The translations under genes and the position numbers were made by a program. Below the pieces are notes generated by a model, which worked only from the letters and a program-made list of their open reading frames with translations, was not told the origin of the DNA and searched no databases. From positions 14,394-78,393 of the IMG/VR virus record IMGVR_UViG_3300033155_000498: a stretch of DNA of 64,000 bases; one strand, 5' to 3'. Origin of the DNA: a virus. The number at the start of each line of letters is the position of its first letter. The first letter of the stretch is position 1. This document shows, in pieces, positions 57,221-64,000 of the stretch.

Positions 57221-59095
57221 TTATTCTCGACCTAGCAGTTCCTCGATGTGCTTCTTCTCTGCTTCGTTCAATAGCTCTGGATTATAATTGCTATTGCCGA
57301 CCCGTTTAATTAACGTCTTAATGTACTCGTGACTATAAGCGTTAAAATTTAAAATATTCTTATCAATCCTGTCCCAACTAGCGCCATTGAAAATATACAA
57401 TTGCGTTGGCTCACCATCAGTACGCAAGAACATCATACCAACTCTAGCAGGTGGCGGAAACACTATTCCTGATTTAACTTCTTTATCAAAATCAAACCCG
57501 AGTTCCGGAAATGCCTGAATCAATGCTTCAACTCTATAGACTTTTCCATTAAAATTAATGTAATGTTCGCTCGTTTTAGTTAAGGAAATCTTACCTTTGC
57601 TATTATAGTTTGGAAGATGTAACTCCTTTGCAATCTCGCCTAACTCATTTAGATCCTTCCACGGCTCTTGTATCCCATTAACTTTCTCAAAATCAAATGT
57701 GTCGCCATCTTCGGTAGGTGGATCATTATCATCCAACTCACCATGTGTAGGTTGATACCCGCCATTGTCACTAGTAAACTCAGGAATGTCATCCGGTACT
57801 TCAGACTCGTTGCTTGTCCATTGTTGTTCAACATATTCTTTTGTTACTGCATCTTCGGCGGACGTCGGATTGCCGAGTACCTTTTTAAAGAGTTCTGGGT
57901 TGTCGGCTCGGTGTCTATCAAATGAGTGTTGCGCTGCAATCAATAAGAATACAGCAAACGGGTCAAACACAAATATGATTAATATAATAAGCCACTTAAC
58001 AGCCTTCTCTAATAGGTTTGCGTCTGCTTCTCTATCGTAAACAAACTCAGCGATATATTTAATAGGTCCTACTTCAGCTTCTAACTTACGAACGTTGGCT
58101 TCGCGTGTGAACTTGTCTTGTGTTAACGTATCAAGTAGAGCATTTGATTCTTTAATCTTTGCACGTTCGTCTGTAATTAATGTTTCAATGTCATTAGCAT
58201 TGGACTGGCCCATACGTGACCGTAAGCGTTTAATGGTTGCATTACTTTCGTTAATCTCGCTTTGGACTGAGGCGCGGATACGTTTAATCTCCGCTTGAGC
58301 TTCAACTTGCGCTGAAGTTGGCTTGCCTAGTATGCCGTCAATCTTTTTAAGTAGCTCATCGCGCCTTGCTTCTTTACGTGTGCGGAAGGCTTTAATTGCA
58401 GCCTGTGTCTTTTCCCTGTACGAACCATCTGGCCTTGTGCCAACTATTCCCTGTGCTACTCTAATTTTCTTATCGCTAAGTGCGGTTTGCAACTCAGTCA
58501 ATGTCTGATTAATTTCTGTAAGTTCTTTCTTATACGGTGCAGAACGTCCTTCGGAATTAGTCTGTCCGTCTTTTATAATTTGTAATTGGACTTGGATAAC
58601 AGGCTTTACACGATCGTAAGCAGAATCAATACGTCCTTGTTCTTTATCTATTTGTGCATTAAGACTTGCATCTACGCCGGAGCCATTGCTTTCGTAACCA
58701 TCGATCTTTTCTTCGGAACGGATGATAATGGATTTGTGTCTACCTATCTCTGAATCTATACGTTTAACTTGTTCTACGCTCTCTGCTGATTCAGCAGTTT
58801 GTTCAACATGTGATTTTGATAGGTATCCGAAGATACCCATTGACGTGATAAACATAACACCCACTACGAAAAACGATAGGCCACCTTTAAGTAATATATT
58901 GGGATCGCGCCAATTATAGTGTAACCAGGTAACTGCTACCAGTTTACCAAGCTCGATTGATGTGCCCATTATTATAATTGAAATAGCATACGCGCTGAAA
59001 ATCGCAGCAAGACCAGCTACGCTAAAATAAATTGCAATGCTACTAATAAATAGAGCTGAAAATAGGGCTATGTACCCAAGTCTGTTATTCAACAT
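57221..59095 (-). CDS. Membrane-anchored coiled-coil protein
   Basis: N-terminal TMs, ITSMGIFGYLSK, EVGPIKYIAE, VFDP. Confidence 0.65.
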   Translation of the reverse strand: MLNNRLGYIALFSALFISSIAIYFSVAGLAAIFSAYAISIIIMGTSIELGKLVAVTWLHYNWRDPNILLKGGLSFFVVGVMFITSMGIFGYLSKSHVEQTAESAESVEQVKRIDSEIGRHKSIIIRSEEKIDGYESNGSGVDASLNAQIDKEQGRIDSAYDRVKPVIQVQLQIIKDGQTNSEGRSAPYKKELTEINQTLTELQTALSDKKIRVAQGIVGTRPDGSYREKTQAAIKAFRTRKEARRDELLKKIDGILGKPTSAQVEAQAEIKRIRASVQSEINESNATIKRLRSRMGQSNANDIETLITDERAKIKESNALLDTLTQDKFTREANVRKLEAEVGPIKYIAEFVYDREADANLLEKAVKWLIILIIFVFDPFAVFLLIAAQHSFDRHRADNPELFKKVLGNPTSAEDAVTKEYVEQQWTSNESEVPDDIPEFTSDNGGYQPTHGELDDNDPPTEDGDTFDFEKVNGIQEPWKDLNELGEIAKELHLPNYNSKGKISLTKTSEHYINFNGKVYRVEALIQAFPELGFDFDKEVKSGIVFPPPARVGMMFLRTDGEPTQLYIFNGASWDRIDKNILNFNAYSHEYIKTLIKRVGNSNYNPELLNEAEKKHIEELLGRE

Positions 59096-59104
59096 ATAGT
59101 GTAT

Positions 59105-59815
59105 TTATGGTTCTACCGTTTCGTGTCGTGGATTGTTCTTTGGGTCCATCTCCTGCATTTGTTTATAGTACTCAATAAATGCATCATCAGCTGCTTTAAC
59201 TGTAGGATCTTCCCACTTAAATCTGTGAGACACTGCAAAGGATGAATTAAAATTACGACCTTTAAGTAAATCCCACTCAGCTTCCTGATTAAACTCATCT
59301 AGCAATCTGTTAAATTCTTCTTCATACCCTGGAAAGTCTGTTAGGAATAAGCGATAATCCCAACTGAATAATCTAAGTTCTGGATAACTCTCACCTCTAT
59401 TATGGCCATCTGTTTGGTATGCTGCATGTGCAATAGGTTGCCAAAGTCCGTCATACGCGCCATAGCCACCGCTGCCAGGCCATGTTAACGTTTTTGCAAA
59501 ATTGCCCGATTCACCAAATGAATCATTGCAATGATCAGCATATCGAATCCATACGCGGCCAAAAAAGCCTGGATAACTCCGCACACCTTTTGCTGCTGGG
59601 TTTCTGCCTCCCCAATTTGTGTGGCCTGCAATTGGTGCATAATGTGAATTACCGACCTCAGGTGAATACTTTAGTTCCCATGCAAAACCAACGACCGGAT
59701 CGGTTCTGTTAATTACCGCAATACAAGCCTCTGCAATTTCCGCTAAGGTCTCTGGCACTTTGCCGTATGCATCTTTTATGAGTTGTTGTTTTGGGTGTAA
59801 CATGGATGTCTCCAA
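59105..59815 (-). CDS. Hypothetical protein
   Basis: ORF. Confidence 0.55.
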   Translation of the reverse strand: METSMLHPKQQLIKDAYGKVPETLAEIAEACIAVINRTDPVVGFAWELKYSPEVGNSHYAPIAGHTNWGGRNPAAKGVRSYPGFFGRVWIRYADHCNDSFGESGNFAKTLTWPGSGGYGAYDGLWQPIAHAAYQTDGHNRGESYPELRLFSWDYRLFLTDFPGYEEEFNRLLDEFNQEAEWDLLKGRNFNSSFAVSHRFKWEDPTVKAADDAFIEYYKQMQEMDPKNNPRHETVEP

Positions 59816-59827
59816 TTTGGTTATGCA

Positions 59828-60673
59828 TTAGTAAACTGTTGATGCAATCGCTTCCTTTACGGATTTCATTATTATGTCATGTACTTCTTTTGTATCTGTT
59901 GGATAAGAATCAGGGTCGTTTAAAAGATCACACTCGTAAACATTATACATCCTTCCTAATTGTACATTTAGATATGCATGTATTTTCCATTCATTTGGTA
60001 TCTCATCTGATTCACCTAAAGCAATCTTATTTAATAACCGATCAGCTACACTATACAATGTGTATCCTTGATTCTGTGCCATAAAATCTTCCCAGAGGAC
60101 AATCAATGATTCATCATATTGAAAACTTCTATTTAGAAATTTTGCCACTCTCCTAAGTTCAATCATAAATTTAGGTAAACTAAAAAATGTTCGATAATCG
60201 AAATTATAAATTTCGCCCGGAAAGGAACAACTAGTACCCCCTTGGCGACTTTTAAAACTAACAGCAAGTCGATCTTCCCACGCTGTTCTTAAATCTGTTA
60301 CTTCGAGTACATTGGATATATGTTCGTGTGTAGTATCTTGAAAATTATTTGTAACGAATCCCGCTTTGTGAAATGCGTTTACCATTAAGATAAACTCGTG
60401 TCCAAGATCGTCGGGTTGCTTAATATAAATTATTTGATCTACCTTAGGGTAGGGGTGTTCCCCTGTGTGATAATAAAATGAAAAATGACCGCAACGAACC
60501 GATCTATTTTTCCTGTATTCAATATCAAGATTAAAGCCGTCACACGATCCAACAGCATCAAACAATTCACTAAGTGGGACTGGGCGTTGATTAAAAATAT
60601 AAGTACTAATTACATATTCAAGAAAATGCCCGTGTTGCCCGCTATCAAAATCTATTAGAGTATGAGCTATCAA
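59828..60673 (-). CDS. Hypothetical protein
   Basis: ORF; IDFDSGQHGHFLE. Confidence 0.55.
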   Translation of the reverse strand: MIAHTLIDFDSGQHGHFLEYVISTYIFNQRPVPLSELFDAVGSCDGFNLDIEYRKNRSVRCGHFSFYYHTGEHPYPKVDQIIYIKQPDDLGHEFILMVNAFHKAGFVTNNFQDTTHEHISNVLEVTDLRTAWEDRLAVSFKSRQGGTSCSFPGEIYNFDYRTFFSLPKFMIELRRVAKFLNRSFQYDESLIVLWEDFMAQNQGYTLYSVADRLLNKIALGESDEIPNEWKIHAYLNVQLGRMYNVYECDLLNDPDSYPTDTKEVHDIIMKSVKEAIASTVY

Positions 60674-62046
60674 ATCTTTTCATCAACTTCGAAGCCTCGG
60701 AAGCGTTTGAATCGCGGAAAACGTAAGCTATATACATCGTCTGAGTTTTCACTTAGTGTTAAACAATCAGCTTCAATTTCTACAATGTGACCCAGTAAGT
60801 CATCTTGTTGTTCCCAGAAATCATCGCGTTGTTTATCAGTGTACCCACCGCCTGCATTAACTTGGATGAACTTGCCACCATCAATGCCTTCACATACAAG
60901 TGCGCCAAGTCTATGTTCGTTCTTGCCACCTTCCTTGCCAAGCTCAAATCCAACAATTTTTAAATCTACGGTAATAGTTGGTTTCCATTTCATCCAATCT
61001 GTGCGGCGCTTGCATGTATAAGGCGCATCAACGCTTTTAATCATAATGCCTTCATAACCCATTGCAACTTGATCTTCGCCAAAGCGTTGCATAATGTCGC
61101 GGCCCTCGGCTGTGTCAAGGTCAACGTCGATCCCGCTGATTATATGTAAGCTAGGACAATTTGTATTTACACGATCCTTAATGGTACCGAGCCAATCCTT
61201 GCTACGTTTTTCTTGTGGCATGCTCCATTTGCCCTTGTTAAAATTAACAAGTGGAATAACATCAAAAATAGTAAACACGGAATCGCTAGTGTCAATATCT
61301 GTTTTGCGTTGTGCTTGCTTCATTAGTGCTTGAAAGTTTTCACTTACAATTTCACCATCAAACACAAATTGTTCCATTCTGTTTTCGTTCCACGGTGCGG
61401 ATGCTTCATGTACTTTTAAACATTCTCTGAGTTGGTCTTCAATGTGTGGAAAGTTATTAAGTGGTTTGCCATTGCGGCTGTAAATGGTAACTTTTGTTTG
61501 TTCAGGAAATGATCTATCAACTATTGCCAGAGCACGAACACCATCTAACTTAGGCTCAAGTATTTTCTTACCTACAAGTTTCTTTGGGTGCTTCTTAGAG
61601 TCAACTGCAAGCTGACAATCAAATACTGGAATTTCGTATTTCGTTCCTTTGAGAACTTTGTTAAATGATTTTATTGTTGCGCCAATGCGAAGGTCTTTAA
61701 GTATGACTGGACGAAGTAAACTGTTCCATAAATCACTATTGAAATTCATGCTCACCCTTTCAATATATGCTGCGGCTTTATTACCTGTTACTTTGCGACT
61801 TTTTAAATCGCCCAACATCTGGATAAACAATGAAATATCATTATCTTCACTTGTTATACCATTTGTGTGTTGGATCTTTTTTACGTTGAACACTTCGAAG
61901 GGATTGTAAGCAAACCAGGCAAGTGTTAAAAACTGCTTGGCATCCTCAGCACCTATATTAGCGGCTTCGAGTGCTTGTTCAATTACATCAAGTTTGTGTA
62001 ATTTGCTGTTTGATTCGTTAAGTTTGTGTATCCAATTCTGTGGCAT
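60670..62046 (-). CDS. ATP-dependent DNA ligase
   Basis: EPKLDGVR, SRNGK, FDGE, EGIMIK, WMKWK, SLRFPRF. Confidence 0.95.
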   Translation of the reverse strand: MPQNWIHKLNESNSKLHKLDVIEQALEAANIGAEDAKQFLTLAWFAYNPFEVFNVKKIQHTNGITSEDNDISLFIQMLGDLKSRKVTGNKAAAYIERVSMNFNSDLWNSLLRPVILKDLRIGATIKSFNKVLKGTKYEIPVFDCQLAVDSKKHPKKLVGKKILEPKLDGVRALAIVDRSFPEQTKVTIYSRNGKPLNNFPHIEDQLRECLKVHEASAPWNENRMEQFVFDGEIVSENFQALMKQAQRKTDIDTSDSVFTIFDVIPLVNFNKGKWSMPQEKRSKDWLGTIKDRVNTNCPSLHIISGIDVDLDTAEGRDIMQRFGEDQVAMGYEGIMIKSVDAPYTCKRRTDWMKWKPTITVDLKIVGFELGKEGGKNEHRLGALVCEGIDGGKFIQVNAGGGYTDKQRDDFWEQQDDLLGHIVEIEADCLTLSENSDDVYSLRFPRFKRFRGFEVDEKI

Positions 62047-62419
62047 CTAGCTCATACTCCGGTTTGAAATTGTTTATATGCTCACTATTATATACTACTG
62101 CGATCAAAAGAACAACCTCTTCCAGACTCTTACCACGCATATACTCGCCATTTTCGTCTTCTGCCCACCAGAATTTGCCTGATTTGTCGAATCCCACACT
62201 TAATCCAAGTAAATGGATTAATTTGTTAGCTTCTGAAAGACCCGGCTTTAGGTAAGTTAATTTGCCCGATGCTACGTCTACTCTGTAGTCAAAAATCTCG
62301 TCATTTGTTAGTGGCATGTTTTTTGCCAGGCGAACTACGACATATTGGTACGCTGTTATTGCTCCTGTGATTGCCACATGATAGGCCGCCAAGAGTTTCT
62401 TCATGTATTTCTTAAACAT
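62018..62419 (-). CDS. Hypothetical protein
   Basis: Likely start MFKKYM with AGGAG. Confidence 0.55.
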   Translation of the reverse strand: MFKKYMKKLLAAYHVAITGAITAYQYVVVRLAKNMPLTNDEIFDYRVDVASGKLTYLKPGLSEANKLIHLLGLSVGFDKSGKFWWAEDENGEYMRGKSLEEVVLLIAVVYNSEHINNFKPEYELDATELDTQT

Positions 62420-62429
62420 TGTTTTCTCC

Positions 62430-64000
62430 TTAGGATATATTACCTGGTTCGATAACTGAATTCTGATCGTCAATAAGATTATCAGATGATACTCCAGCTT
62501 CAGATAGTTTTGATAAATTTCTGCCTTCGCGCATGGCCGCAATTATTGCATTGCCAGATTGTGTATCTGTTGCCATTGCTTCTAATATTTCTACAATATC
62601 ACCTTTGCTTGTTTTCTTTCCATGTGAATGTAAGTTTTCTGCAAAGCCCAAGATGGTCTTTTTGTTTCTTGGCATACCGTTCTGTAACGGATCGTTTGTT
62701 TCAAACTCTGGAAGATACGTGGTTTGAAATTTTAATTCAGCATCCCAAAGTTGTTCTAGTTCTATTATGATACCATTAACTGAACCGGTAAATGCTGCGG
62801 TAGCATTTTCTGTTTCTGTTGGATATGCTGCTATTAAATCTTCACTAGCTGTTGTTAATTCACGCATCAGTGCGCTCAATGCTGCATTTTTATTTCGATG
62901 CGTTCCTTCAGCAGGCAACGGATTAGGAATAACAATAGAGAACGTTGCGTCATATTCTTCTGGTGGATCCATTGGAGGATCATCTTGCACAGTGTAAACA
63001 CCAGCTATAACGTTACGCATAACAAGAAATATCTCTGCTATATCATCTAGGTCGCCGTTATTTTGAAACTGTTCAATAACATCATTCATGGTTGTAATAT
63101 TATTAACATGAGGAATGCCCGCCGGCGAACCTGCAAGGTCGGTTAGGTAAAATGTAGTGTCGGGACCTGTGCCACCGCCCATTGAGCTTTTAAAGAACGC
63201 TGTTGTCGCGGCTGGTAGTGCCTCTGCTAAACTACCTGTTGCTGATAGTCCATCATTCCCTTCGATAGTAGATGCTTGTGTTCCAATATTTTCTGGCGTT
63301 GAATTAATAATGCCTTTTATTTGGCCCAGTGCAATCGTAAACACATAGTTTGTTCTGGCTAAGTCTCCAGGCATGTAAACTGTTGCAGGTGTGTTTAGTT
63401 TCAGCACCCACAATGCAATTTCACCCTCGGGGGTAATATAAATGTTTTCTGGTGTACCGTGGTTTGGTGATGTAATTGTAAAGAAACTATTTGGAAACAC
63501 TTTAGTTAAATCTAATAAGTCTGACAATGCTGTGATACCAATTGTTTCTACTCCTAAGACAAATAGAATTTCTTCTAACTGTTCTCCGGTGACTTGTGTA
63601 AATGCATCATAACAACGTTTCTGTGCGGTTGGTTGCAATGTTATATCAGGCTCGTTGTTAATTGCTTTCTTTATGTCAAATACATCAACGCCCTGTGCTT
63701 CTAATTCGTCTGCTATTGTTGATAGCATGTTTGTTCTCATTAGTGCTTCTACTAATGATTGTGGTGTGCCAATATTATCTATTTTTGCAAAGTCAAACAA
63801 ACTACCTGTCTTAAGTAGGTCCAAGCCCCACGTATTTACATCTCTGCTAACTGCTGTAAGATTGCCAGTCATCAATGCATCCATAGTGGTAAAGGTTTGT
63901 TTGGATAAATTAGCACCGTTGACTGCGCTATTTATATATTGGTTTGCTGTGTCTTTTTGCCCCATTGCAATTTGTAGATACTGTACGTATCGTCCACTAG
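62430..64000 (-). CDS. Large putative structural protein (5' end outside window)
   Basis: Frame stays open to the window edge; AMREGRN motif. Confidence 0.6.
   Translation of the reverse strand, partial: SGRYVQYLQIAMGQKDTANQYINSAVNGANLSKQTFTTMDALMTGNLTAVSRDVNTWGLDLLKTGSLFDFAKIDNIGTPQSLVEALMRTNMLSTIADELEAQGVDVFDIKKAINNEPDITLQPTAQKRCYDAFTQVTGEQLEEILFVLGVETIGITALSDLLDLTKVFPNSFFTITSPNHGTPENIYITPEGEIALWVLKLNTPATVYMPGDLARTNYVFTIALGQIKGIINSTPENIGTQASTIEGNDGLSATGSLAEALPAATTAFFKSSMGGGTGPDTTFYLTDLAGSPAGIPHVNNITTMNDVIEQFQNNGDLDDIAEIFLVMRNVIAGVYTVQDDPPMDPPEEYDATFSIVIPNPLPAEGTHRNKNAALSALMRELTTASEDLIAAYPTETENATAAFTGSVNGIIIELEQLWDAELKFQTTYLPEFETNDPLQNGMPRNKKTILGFAENLHSHGKKTSKGDIVEILEAMATDTQSGNAIIAAMREGRNLSKLSEAGVSSDNLIDDQNSVIEPGNIS

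Noticed and set aside
203-63348. Many plus-strand ORFs of 60-230 aa antisense to long genes (e.g. 6527-6988, 22027-22707, 42072-42755, 48249-48842)
   Set aside because: Shadow ORFs opposite well-supported genes; Ser/Ile-rich, no motifs or start signals
1-64000. Stop-codon reassignment as seen in some jumbo phages
   Set aside because: Known genes are full length in the standard code, and TAG (e.g. 3809) and TGA (e.g. 755) both act as stops at tight gene junctions
1-64000. Bacterial chromosome origin suggested by clp, groES, rpsU and tct genes
   Set aside because: These genes are interleaved with T4-like baseplate, clamp-loader and ligase genes and share the phage late box; bacterial operon contexts (clpP-clpX, groES-groEL, clpS-clpA) are absent

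Overview
This 64 kb window is part of a large T4-related (jumbo myovirus-like) dsDNA phage genome. It is AT-rich, gene-dense, mostly on the minus strand and read in the standard genetic code. The host-like genes (groES, rpsU, clpS, DUF3135) and IHF-consensus sites suggest a proteobacterial, probably gammaproteobacterial, host (inference). Contents: (i) replication and nucleotide genes (clamp loader, ATP-dependent DNA ligase, a 174-aa DnaE fragment, PhoH, MazG, HAD nucleotidase); (ii) an unusually complete proteostasis set (ClpA, ClpX, ClpP, ClpS, DnaJ, Hsp20 behind a ROSE-like thermometer, two GroES) plus ribosomal protein bS21; (iii) a tripartite tricarboxylate transporter (TctA, TctC) inside a methyltransferase/SGNH/sulfotransferase-like locus; (iv) an amidinotransferase, oxygenase, UDP-glucose dehydrogenase and glycosyltransferase-like locus; (v) EAL and Mesh1-like HD signal-nucleotide hydrolases; (vi) baseplate and fibre genes built from shared modules; (vii) putative head-packaged proteins with T4-like capsid-targeting N-termini, including a 1011-aa nucleotidyltransferase-amidoligase fusion; and (viii) blocks of small early genes behind sigma70-like promoters with IHF-site triplets. 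The clearest non-coding pattern is a late-promoter-like box, TAA(A/G)TA, 5-6 nt before the ATG of 14 genes, which implies a leaderless late-mRNA programme. All calls come from motif recognition by eye; no database searches were run.
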